From NCBI GenBank assembly GCA_964428725.1, contig CAYRYW010000011.1, forward strand, positions 144 through 64,143: 64,000 bases of DNA, read 5' to 3'. Origin of the DNA: an uncultured Dehalococcoidales bacterium (lineage in GTDB: Bacteria; Chloroflexota; Dehalococcoidia; E44-bin15). A model generated the notes under the pieces. That model was not told where the DNA came from. It worked only from the letters and a program-made list of their open reading frames with translations, and made no database searches. The translations under genes and the position numbers were made by a program. Of this stretch, positions 45,530 to 53,646 are shown piece by piece (the first letter of the stretch is position 1; every line of letters begins with the position of its first letter).

Positions 45530-46651
45530 ATGCCATCACGAATCGATAGATTGACCGACGCGCAGTTGGACCGGATACCAGAGTGGGTCGCCAAGTGGAC
45601 CGCAATCGGTCTGTCGACGGAGCCCGCCGATTTCGACGCGGCGGCAGTAGGCGTGCGGAGATGCTATCGCGCGGCCGAACTACCCGAGCCCGGAATTGTC
45701 TTGCGGCTCGGTTCGCCACTTGGCGCGGCGATTGCCTGGATCATGCTGGCTACTCGCGATTCGCAAGTCGCGTCGCAAGTCGGGACGCAAGTCGGGTCGC
45801 AAGTCGATTCGCAAGTCGGGTCGCAAGTCCGGAAGCAAGTCTATTCGCAAGTCGGGTCGCAAGTCGAGTCGCAAGTCGAGTCGCAAGTCGGGTCGCAAGT
45901 CGAGTCGCAAGTCGAGTCGCAAGTCGGGGGTCAAGTCTATTCGCAAGTCCGGAAGCAAGTCCATTCGCAAGTCGGGGGTCAAGTCTATTCGCAAGTCCGG
46001 AAGCAAGTCCATTCGCAAGTCGGGGGTCAAGTCCTACGTTCCTATCGTGGCGGCAACCTATGGGCATCTTGGTATGCATACGTCTCGTTTTTCCGCGATG
46101 TGTGCCACTGGGATGACCGATTGCTGGAAGCATTCGCCGCCGACGAGCAGCACGCGCTCAATGCGTCCTGGTGCATCTACGGAGACCGATTCGCCGCGCT
46201 GGCCGATCGCCCGGCGGAGCTGCACCTGCAAGAGGGCCGGTTGCACAACGAAGCCGGGCCGTCGATCACTTGGCGCGATGGATGGCAGTTGTGGCACATC
46301 GACGGCGTCGCGGTCGACGAGCAAATCGTCATACGGCCCGAGACACAGACCCTCGATCAGATACACGGCGAGGAGAATGCGGAGGTGCAACGCCTTCGGA
46401 TCGACCGCTACGGCTGGCCGCGCTACCTGGCCGAGACGGGAGCTACGGTCGTCGATAAGCAACGCAACGATGTCGACGGTACGCGCGAGGCCCTGATGGA
46501 GGCACGCGACGGGCAACGGAGACTCGTCTGCTCGTGTCCGTCGACCGCCAAAGTCTTCGCCATGCACGTACCACGCGAAATCACTAGTTGTGAACAGGCC
46601 CAACAGTGGCTGGGTGGAAACCGAAACGTCAGCATTATAGGAGCTTCGTAA
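45530..46651 (+). CDS. Protein with (S-Q-V-x)n microrepeat tract and conserved C-terminal domain
   Basis: 373 aa. About 90 aa of '[12 protein letters not shown]...' followed by a globular C-terminus ('[14 protein letters not shown]', '[17 protein letters not shown]'). Confidence 0.55.
   Translation: MPSRIDRLTDAQLDRIPEWVAKWTAIGLSTEPADFDAAAVGVRRCYRAAELPEPGIVLRLGSPLGAAIAWIMLATRDSQVASQVGTQVGSQVDSQVGSQVRKQVYSQVGSQVESQVESQVGSQVESQVESQVGGQVYSQVRKQVHSQVGGQVYSQVRKQVHSQVGGQVLRSYRGGNLWASWYAYVSFFRDVCHWDDRLLEAFAADEQHALNASWCIYGDRFAALADRPAELHLQEGRLHNEAGPSITWRDGWQLWHIDGVAVDEQIVIRPETQTLDQIHGEENAEVQRLRIDRYGWPRYLAETGATVVDKQRNDVDGTREALMEARDGQRRLVCSCPSTAKVFAMHVPREITSCEQAQQWLGGNRNVSIIGAS
45761..46033 (+). repeat. 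12-nt microsatellite-like tandem repeat (TCGCAAGTCGRG)n, about 22 units
   Basis: Direct reading; higher-order 24/48-nt units are visible. Confidence 0.9.
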
Positions 46652-47070
46652 TGAGCGCGACCGCACAAGAACTTCAAATGATTCAGGAAACGGCCGAGGC
46701 AATCCGTAACGACCAACCGCAGCGGTTCCCCGAGGCGGCGACGCCGGGCGACTGCTGGAGACAGGGCGACGTCTACATCACCCTGCTGGGCGACGTGCCG
46801 ACCGGCGCGACGGCCGAGGACACGCCGTCGCTGCAACTCGTCCCCGGCAGTACGCAGGGCAGTCGGCATTGCCTCGACGCCCTAGATGGCGTGCTCGTGT
46901 ACCGTGTCGCCGACGCGGGGCCGCTCGATGGTCCGGTGCTGCACTGCACGCAAGAGCGCACGATCACCCACCCGGAGCACGGCAACGTCGTTTTGCCGCC
47001 GGGCGTCTACCGCATCCACTATCAACGCGACCTCGACGCGGAAGAACGGGAGCGGCGCGTGTTGGATTGA
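46651..47070 (+). CDS. Hypothetical protein
   Basis: The ATG overlaps the upstream TAA (TAATG); 139 aa. Confidence 0.5.
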   Translation: MSATAQELQMIQETAEAIRNDQPQRFPEAATPGDCWRQGDVYITLLGDVPTGATAEDTPSLQLVPGSTQGSRHCLDALDGVLVYRVADAGPLDGPVLHCTQERTITHPEHGNVVLPPGVYRIHYQRDLDAEERERRVLD

Positions 47071-47106
47071 GGTAAGTAACCACGGAGACACGGAGGAGAC
47101 GGAGTG

Positions 47107-47322
47107 ATGTTGTCGCTAGCCCACGGGCACAAATGCCAGACACGGAAAGTCGCCGAGCTACAGAAGGCCATCGATGGCAAGATGTGTCGGGTTGGCGGGG
47201 ACGTACATCTACCACGTCGGCCCGGAATGGATCAGGACGGGCGGCGGGCTCGCCTTCACGCTGCGGATGGTGTTATGCATGCTGGTTGCCGGAGCGGTGA
47301 CTTGCTTTGTCTGCGTGGCTAA
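47107..47322 (+). CDS. Hypothetical small protein (frame uncertain)
   Basis: The ATG is placed exactly as in the other genes that follow the conserved GGAGACACGGAGGAGA leader. The Arg-rich product is unconvincing, and an alternative 54-aa TM ORF lies at 47174-47338. Confidence 0.3.
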   Translation: MLSLAHGHKCQTRKVAELQKAIDGKMCRVGGDVHLPRRPGMDQDGRRARLHAADGVMHAGCRSGDLLCLRG

Positions 47323-47375
47323 CCACCGGGACGAGTAAGGAATCCAGCAAACCGAAATCAGGAAGCCGGAGGATA

Positions 47376-47660
47376 ATGACTGTGAAGCCACTGTGGAACA
47401 GCGATGTCAGGAGTCGCGAATCGCGACTCGCGGGGCGGTGTGCGTATCATAACGGCGATGGGCCCGAGTGTCCGTACCCTAGGCACGGAAGCATGGATAC
47501 ATTGCGAGTAGCTTGGTGCATCGGCTATCACGAGGCGCGGCTGGCGGATCGACTACCAAAACACTTCAGCTTGCCGTCGCTGGGTGATGCCGGGGAAGAC
47601 TGCCACGGAGACACGGAGGAAGATAATAATGGGCGAGAAGACGACAATCGCATGGTGTGA
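47376..47660 (+). CDS. Hypothetical protein
   Basis: ATG after a GGAGG RBS; 94 aa. Its 3' end carries the leader motif of the next gene. Confidence 0.4.
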   Translation: MTVKPLWNSDVRSRESRLAGRCAYHNGDGPECPYPRHGSMDTLRVAWCIGYHEARLADRLPKHFSLPSLGDAGEDCHGDTEEDNNGREDDNRMV

Positions 47661-48483
47661 CCACACGTTTAATCCGTGGAGAGGATGCGCGAAGGTCTCG
47701 ACTGGGTGCGAGCACTGTTATGCGGAGCTGCAAGCGAGGCGGAATCCGGCCGTATTTGGGACGTGGGGGCCAGACGGCGTTCGCGTGCCCGCAAGCGAGA
47801 GAGCGTGGAAACAACTCGAATCGTGGGACCGCAGGGCGGCGATCAACGACGACACCGAGTCGGTCTTCGTCGGGTCGATGTGCGATGTCTTCGAGGAGCG
47901 GGATGACCTCGATCCGCTGCGGGTGCGGCTGTGCGATACGATCGCCCGGACCGACGCCCTGCAATACTTGCTGCTGACGAAGCGACCGGAACATGTTACG
48001 CCGACAGTGCGGCGAGCCTGTGACACGCTGTGCAAGCTATTCTTCGAGGACCCAGAACACTGGGCCGATCCGCTCAAGTTGCCGAATGTCTGGATCGGAA
48101 CGTCGGTCGAGGACCAGCGGTCGGCCGACTCGCGTGGCCCGGACAGCTATCACCTCGGAGACATGGGGATGAAAACCTTCCTGTCCGTCGAGCCGCTCGT
48201 CGGCCGGATATCGTTAAGCATGCCACCCGTCGCTTGTGCCGGTGCGCGGTGCGTCATCATCGGCGGCGAGTCTGGGCCTAGGGCGAGGCCGTGCCATGTC
48301 GAATGGATCGAACGGATCGTCCAGCAATGCGACGCGGCCGACGCGGACGTCTTCGTCAAGCAGTTCGGGCGACGGCCATTATGGAACGGCAAGCCACTGA
48401 GACTCAAGGACAAAAAGGGAGGCGATTGGGACGAGTGGCCCGACGAACTGGAACATCTGCGGCGGCGGGAATTGCCGTGGTAG
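47629..48483 (+). CDS. Phage Gp37/Gp68 family protein (DUF5131)
   Basis: 'TTIAWCDHTFNPWRGCAKVSTGCEHCYAE' is the diagnostic N-terminus of the family; a later 'VIIGGESG' also fits. Confidence 0.8.
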   Translation: MGEKTTIAWCDHTFNPWRGCAKVSTGCEHCYAELQARRNPAVFGTWGPDGVRVPASERAWKQLESWDRRAAINDDTESVFVGSMCDVFEERDDLDPLRVRLCDTIARTDALQYLLLTKRPEHVTPTVRRACDTLCKLFFEDPEHWADPLKLPNVWIGTSVEDQRSADSRGPDSYHLGDMGMKTFLSVEPLVGRISLSMPPVACAGARCVIIGGESGPRARPCHVEWIERIVQQCDAADADVFVKQFGRRPLWNGKPLRLKDKKGGDWDEWPDELEHLRRRELPW

Positions 48484-48525
48484 ATGAACGGAAAGCCAAC
48501 CAAGGAGACACGAGGATACGAAGTG

Positions 48526-48789
48526 ATGAGTGAAAACCAAACGAGCGACCTACCTCCGACCTGCCAGGAGATTCTGGAGTCGTACCTGCGAGAGAATGGA
48601 TACGACGGACTCTATCGCACCGACGCCTATGGCGATCCAGATTGTGGGTGCCGGATAGAGAGACTGTGGCTGTGTTACGGAGATCCGTGCGAGTGCCGGC
48701 CAGGCTATGAATGGCGGGACGAGGACGGCGGATGGGGAATTGGGCGGGTTAAAACAACCAACCAAGACACGGAGGAGACGGAGGGATGA
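48526..48789 (+). CDS. Hypothetical Cys-rich protein
   Basis: The ATG follows the conserved leader motif; 87 aa. Confidence 0.45.
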   Translation: MSENQTSDLPPTCQEILESYLRENGYDGLYRTDAYGDPDCGCRIERLWLCYGDPCECRPGYEWRDEDGGWGIGRVKTTNQDTEETEG

Positions 48790-49139
48790 CACTGACGCAA
48801 CGGATAGCCGACGCCGTCGAGGTGCTGGACCATCTCACGGACAGCGAGCCGCTGACCAATTCGGAGGCGGACGATATAACCAGCGTACTCGACAAGGCGG
48901 CCAAGGAAATCAAGCGGCTGCAAGCCATCGTCGACAAGCTACCGAAGACGGCCGATGGAGTACCGATTACGCCAGGGATGAATCTATACACCACAGAGGC
49001 TGGTCGTGGATTCGTGTGCTGTGCCATTGATGACAACGACGAAGGTACGGTACGATGTCGCGATGTGAGAGGTTTTGAGTTCGACCTGCTGGCTGAGCAA
49101 TGCTACGCAACGCCAGAGGCTGCGATGAAGCGAAAATAA
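48786..49139 (+). CDS. Hypothetical protein (paralogue of 38237..38572)
   Basis: Follows the leader motif and shares 'IVDKLPKTADGVPITPGM' with the other copy. Confidence 0.55.
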   Translation: MTLTQRIADAVEVLDHLTDSEPLTNSEADDITSVLDKAAKEIKRLQAIVDKLPKTADGVPITPGMNLYTTEAGRGFVCCAIDDNDEGTVRCRDVRGFEFDLLAEQCYATPEAAMKRK

Positions 49140-49222
49140 TAAGCAGCACGGATAAAGCCGTATTAGGAGACAATTCTGTCCACCTATTTGTCCCCCGGTG
49201 TCTCATAAGGACAGGAAATGCA

Positions 49223-49450
49223 ATGAGCAAGCCACGACGGGCCGTAGTGTGGTCGCCTTGCAACGGCCACGTCTTTTGTGTTAATTTGAACACGCGAAGC
49301 ATGGAGGAATTCTATCCCATGATCCAGATTCTGGAGCAATGGGCCAGTAATCCGGATACGGATTGCTCCCATGACATGGTGACGGAATTATGCCGAGAAG
49401 TAATAAAGGTACAGACACTACAAAGGCAATGTAGTACAGATATTCCATGA
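49223..49450 (+). CDS. Hypothetical small protein
   Basis: ATG after an AAGGACAGGAAA region; 75 aa. Confidence 0.4.
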   Translation: MSKPRRAVVWSPCNGHVFCVNLNTRSMEEFYPMIQILEQWASNPDTDCSHDMVTELCREVIKVQTLQRQCSTDIP

Positions 49451-49495
49451 TATAAGGCACAATACGGTTAATGGAGGGCATGGGGGTAATAGGCA

Positions 49496-50080
49496 ATGGC
49501 TAGTACTGAATTATTAGACAGGGGTACTGACCTGAAGAAGCTTACTGATAGGCAACGGCGATTTGTGCAGGAATATTTGATCTGCATGGACGGGGCTAAA
49601 GCTGCTATTGCTGCTGGGTATTCGCCGAAATGTGCTGCTGCGCAGGCAGGTAAGCTGATGCGGAAGCGGAGCATCAAGCGGGCCCTTGGCAAGGCTCTGA
49701 AGGAAATTGACTTCGGCAAGCAGCTTACCGTGGAAAACGTCTTGCAGGAATTGGCCTATTGCGTATTCCGCGACCCGGTCGATTTCTGTGACGAGAATGG
49801 CAGGATCAGCATTGACGACTTGCGCAAGTTGCCTCCGCAGGTTAGGCGGTGTATTGATGGGATCAAGTGCCGGAACACGCTGGACGATGAGGGGAAGGTG
49901 GTTGGCCAGGAAGTTGAGTTGAAATTTGTGCAGAAGGGTGCGATGATCCGGTTGGCGATGGACTACTTCAATCTGCTGCAACCCACGATTAACACGCAGG
50001 TATTCATCGATTGGGACAAGCGATTAGCGGAGACTATGCCTCAGGGGCAGGGTAGAGACGATGTATCTGGCAGCCGGTGA
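49496..50080 (+). CDS. terS: Terminase small subunit
   Basis: 'LTDRQRRFVQEYLICMDGAKAAIAAGYSPKCAAAQAGKLM' is the Terminase_2 N-terminal HTH signature. Confidence 0.8.
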   Translation: MASTELLDRGTDLKKLTDRQRRFVQEYLICMDGAKAAIAAGYSPKCAAAQAGKLMRKRSIKRALGKALKEIDFGKQLTVENVLQELAYCVFRDPVDFCDENGRISIDDLRKLPPQVRRCIDGIKCRNTLDDEGKVVGQEVELKFVQKGAMIRLAMDYFNLLQPTINTQVFIDWDKRLAETMPQGQGRDDVSGSR

Positions 50081-50166
50081 GATGGCGGATTGCACTTGAC
50101 AGCGGTGTCTGTGGACTGGTAGAGATAGTAATAGATACTGTGTCTCAGTCTCATCGTGGATAGCGT

Positions 50167-51783
50167 ATGTCGTTCATTGATCCGTATGATTTCCAACGTA
50201 TGTGTTGGCCTGATATGGTGTTGGCCAGCTACCAGCGGGAAATCATAGACAGCGTTGTGGCCAACTATGAGACAGTTGTCCCGGCTGGCAACGCTTTGGG
50301 TAAGGATTACATTGCCGCATTCATTGCGTTGTGGTGGCAATGCTCTCGGAGGCCTGCCCGCACGGTTACCACTAGTGCGAGTGGCAATCAGCTTAATGAT
50401 GTGCTATGGGGGGAAATTCGGCAGCTGATAAACACCAGTCGGCATCCGCTCCCCCTGCAATACAACCACATGCACATTCGCCAGGTCGACAATCAAGGGG
50501 AATTTGTCGACAAATCCGAGCTTATCGGCCAGACGGTCACCAAGGGTGAAGCCCTCCTAGGTAGGCACCTGCCACAATTCCTGAATATACCACGCACGCT
50601 CGTGGTATTAGATGAGTCGTCTGGCATCAAAAACACGGTCTACGAGTCGTGCAAGACGTGGGCTCACTGTATTCTCATCATCGGCAATCCGTTTCCATGC
50701 GCCAATTTCTTCCAGGAGAAGGCAGAGGCAGGAAACGTCAAGTCCATTACTGGTGATGGATTACGGACGAATGTCATCCACGTCCGCGCTGAAGACAGCC
50801 CGAACGTCAAGGCCGGACTCCAGGAGATAAGGGAAGGCAAGCGTAAGCCGGAGCCCTGCCTGGTCAAGAGTGACAAATACCCCAGGGGCGTATTGTCGGG
50901 CAAGGAATACAAGCGGTTGGCTCTATCGTGGAAGCTGAAGAACAAGCAGAATCCCCCAGAGCCGATGGTGGTACCTGGGCTAATCGGCATCAATGAGTAC
51001 ATCGAGCGTCGGACCAATTGGGACCCGATGATGCAGTCGATTAGCCTTGATGGCGAATTCTATCGTGGCAAGGAGGTCTTGCTGTATCCTCCGGAATGGC
51101 TCGCCATGTCTGCTGAATTTGCTCGCACGGCATACAACAAGGTTGGATGGACCATGGGTGTTGACCCTGCCGAGGGAGGCGACAGTACGGCGTATTGCAT
51201 ATGCTCCCGGGAAGGTATTGTTGAGTTGGTATCAGTGAAGACCCCTGACACTTCAGACATTCCCAAGCATACAATGGCGTATATGGCGAAGCACAAGCTA
51301 TCTGCCAAGGATGTGTATTTTGATGCTGGTGGCGGCGGGAAGCAGCACGTGGATTTATTGCGGGACCAATACGGGCATCACGTAAACGCTATACGGTTCG
51401 GTGCGGCCGCGACCGCCAAGCGTACTCGTGCGAGGAAGACGCTTAAGCAGCGAGAGGGCGAAGACGAGACAAAATACGCATTCAAGAACAAGCGATGCGA
51501 GATGTACTGGGCTATTCGCGAGCGATTGGACCCGGCGATGAACAAGCCATTCGCTATTCCAGTGACTGAAACGGAGTTACGTAGGCAGTTGGCGCCATTG
51601 CCATTACAATACGACGAGTCTGGCAGGATGTGGTTACCGCCTAAGCGTGCGAAGAATCCGGACAGTGCGGAGATCACCCTAGAGAAGATGTTGGGCTGCA
51701 GTCCCGACGAATCAGACGCATTTGCGTTGGCCATGTACGGGCAGGTTGCCAAGACGCTCCGTGGCCGTGTGGGCGCGTTTTGA
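50167..51783 (+). CDS. terL: Terminase large subunit
   Basis: 538 aa directly after terS. 'VVPAGNALGKD' is Walker A-like and 'LVVLDESSGI' Walker B-like, with a C-terminal nuclease-like half. Confidence 0.75.
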   Translation: MSFIDPYDFQRMCWPDMVLASYQREIIDSVVANYETVVPAGNALGKDYIAAFIALWWQCSRRPARTVTTSASGNQLNDVLWGEIRQLINTSRHPLPLQYNHMHIRQVDNQGEFVDKSELIGQTVTKGEALLGRHLPQFLNIPRTLVVLDESSGIKNTVYESCKTWAHCILIIGNPFPCANFFQEKAEAGNVKSITGDGLRTNVIHVRAEDSPNVKAGLQEIREGKRKPEPCLVKSDKYPRGVLSGKEYKRLALSWKLKNKQNPPEPMVVPGLIGINEYIERRTNWDPMMQSISLDGEFYRGKEVLLYPPEWLAMSAEFARTAYNKVGWTMGVDPAEGGDSTAYCICSREGIVELVSVKTPDTSDIPKHTMAYMAKHKLSAKDVYFDAGGGGKQHVDLLRDQYGHHVNAIRFGAAATAKRTRARKTLKQREGEDETKYAFKNKRCEMYWAIRERLDPAMNKPFAIPVTETELRRQLAPLPLQYDESGRMWLPPKRAKNPDSAEITLEKMLGCSPDESDAFALAMYGQVAKTLRGRVGAF

Positions 51784-51806
51784 AAACCATTTACGAGGGC
51801 AGAAGG

Positions 51807-53315
51807 ATGGCAAAGAAGTCAGCGAAGAAGAAGGCTGTGCGGCGCACGAAGAAGGCTGAACCGCAGCCAACGGAGAATACTGGTAGGCGAAGAATGCTGG
51901 CCAATGCAGTACGCTCGATTAGTCGCTATTACAACGATAGCGACGACATCGACCCTCGCCGCAGCATCAATGATGAGTGTGGCTACCCTGCGACTGACTC
52001 AATCACGTTGCAGAATTACCGGGACATGTATTTGCGCGAGGGTGTGGCTTCGCGTGTCGTGGAGATATTCCCTTCGGAATCATGGCTATTGACGCCGACG
52101 GTTACCGAGGACGCGAACCCGCAAACCAGCACGGAATTCGAGCGTGATTGGGAGGGGCTCAATCGGGAGATCGCTGGATCAAGCTGGTACCAGGGTGAAA
52201 CCGGCGGGATAGTGTGGGATTACCTTCAGCGTGTTGATGTATTGAGCGGCATCGGGTCGTATGGCGTCATTTTGATCGGGATTGATGATGGATTGCCATT
52301 GCATGAGCCCGTGAAGGGATTCGAGCGTGACATGCCGACGTCGCCGGTGGGCGAGTACAATGTCCTGTTCTTCCGGGCGTTTTCTGAGGACTTGGCCCAG
52401 ATTACTGCGTATGAAACCGACCCATCAAATTCCAGGTATGGGCAGCCCACGCAATATGCTCTTACCGTAGGGACTGGTGACGGCACGCTGGATTCTTCTG
52501 GCGGTTCTGCGTCACCTACGCAATCTACAGTCAATGTGCATTGGTCGCGCATCATCCACATTGCGGACAATCTGCGTAGCAGTGAGCTATTTGGGCTACC
52601 GAGGCAATTGCAGGTATTCAATTACCTGTTGAATATCCGGAAGCTGTTGGGTGCTTCGCCTGAGATGTATTACAAGGGGGCATTTCCTGGAATCAGCTTT
52701 GAAACGCATCCGGAGCTCGGCGGCGATGTGGATATCGACAACGACGACATGCGCACGATGATCGAGAACTACGCAAACGGTCTTCAGCGATACATCATGC
52801 TTTTGGGGATGTCGGCGAACAGCTTACGTACACAGGTGGAGGACCCGTCGGACCACTTGCAGGTGCAGATAGATGCGATCTGTATTCGATTGGGTGTTCC
52901 GAAGCGGATATTCATGGGCTCGGAGCGTGGGGAATTGGCTTCCGGCCAGGATGAGCGGGCATGGAATCGACGATTATCGAAGCGACAGAACGATTACCTG
53001 AGTCCTCGGGTGATTTCACCAACGATAGACAGGCTGATATTGTTTGGTGTATTATCGGAGCCGGGTGACGGCTACACGATTCTGTGGCCGAGCATGGATA
53101 ATCTGACTGACGAGCAACGGGCGGTCATAGCGGCGAAGCGCACGGAATCGATGGTGAAATATCTGCAGGGCGGTGGCGAGAATTTGCTCCATCCGAAGGA
53201 TTTCCTCACTGGCGTGCTTGAGATAGAGGACGATGTCGCGGAGGGCTACTTGGAGAACGTCATGCCGGCCGAAGACGAGGGCGAGTTTGATGTTGATACC
53301 GAAGGCGATACGTGA
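51807..53315 (+). CDS. Portal protein
   Basis: About 500 aa immediately after terL, with a basic N-terminus and acidic C-terminus. Followed by the MuF-like gene. Confidence 0.75.
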   Translation: MAKKSAKKKAVRRTKKAEPQPTENTGRRRMLANAVRSISRYYNDSDDIDPRRSINDECGYPATDSITLQNYRDMYLREGVASRVVEIFPSESWLLTPTVTEDANPQTSTEFERDWEGLNREIAGSSWYQGETGGIVWDYLQRVDVLSGIGSYGVILIGIDDGLPLHEPVKGFERDMPTSPVGEYNVLFFRAFSEDLAQITAYETDPSNSRYGQPTQYALTVGTGDGTLDSSGGSASPTQSTVNVHWSRIIHIADNLRSSELFGLPRQLQVFNYLLNIRKLLGASPEMYYKGAFPGISFETHPELGGDVDIDNDDMRTMIENYANGLQRYIMLLGMSANSLRTQVEDPSDHLQVQIDAICIRLGVPKRIFMGSERGELASGQDERAWNRRLSKRQNDYLSPRVISPTIDRLILFGVLSEPGDGYTILWPSMDNLTDEQRAVIAAKRTESMVKYLQGGGENLLHPKDFLTGVLEIEDDVAEGYLENVMPAEDEGEFDVDTEGDT

Positions 53316-53634
53316 TCGAAGAGAGGAATTCTGCGAGCTATACAGGCAGGGTAGCACGTTGAAGGAGATATCGCGACTAATGCGTTGCGGTACGTCCCGT
53401 GCGAGAGAGAGGCTAGTGTTCTGGGGTGTGGTGATTCGTTCCAATCAAGAAATTGGGGACGCTAGGGCGTACATGCCTACGCCTGAGGAAATACGTCAGA
53501 AGACGGCAGAAATCCAGGCCCGGTGGACCGAGAAGGATCGCGAGGAGCGAGGCGAAGTGCATGAGGAGTTGCATTTACCTATGGCAATTCCATCAAGGGG
53601 CAGGCACAACGGCGATCCGATATATCCCGAGTGA
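53290..53634 (+). CDS. Small HTH protein
   Basis: 'FCELYRQGSTLKEISRLMRCGTSRARERL' resembles a sigma-70 region 4/LuxR-type HTH. Confidence 0.4.
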   Translation: MLIPKAIRDRREEFCELYRQGSTLKEISRLMRCGTSRARERLVFWGVVIRSNQEIGDARAYMPTPEEIRQKTAEIQARWTEKDREERGEVHEELHLPMAIPSRGRHNGDPIYPE

Positions 53635-53646
53635 AGGCAGCGTGTC

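Noticed and set aside
45583-46496. Overlapping + ORFs (177 aa and 266 aa) and minus ORFs across the 12-nt microsatellite.
   Set aside because: They are repeat-driven open frames (…[10 protein letters not shown]…, …[10 protein letters not shown]…). The 45530 frame alone continues into a globular, Trp-rich C-terminal domain and is start-coupled to its neighbours.
50096-50125. Possible promoter TTGACA-N18-TAGAGA upstream of the large terminase gene.
   Set aside because: The -10 match is poor (3/6) and the spacer is long, so it is not strong enough to annotate.
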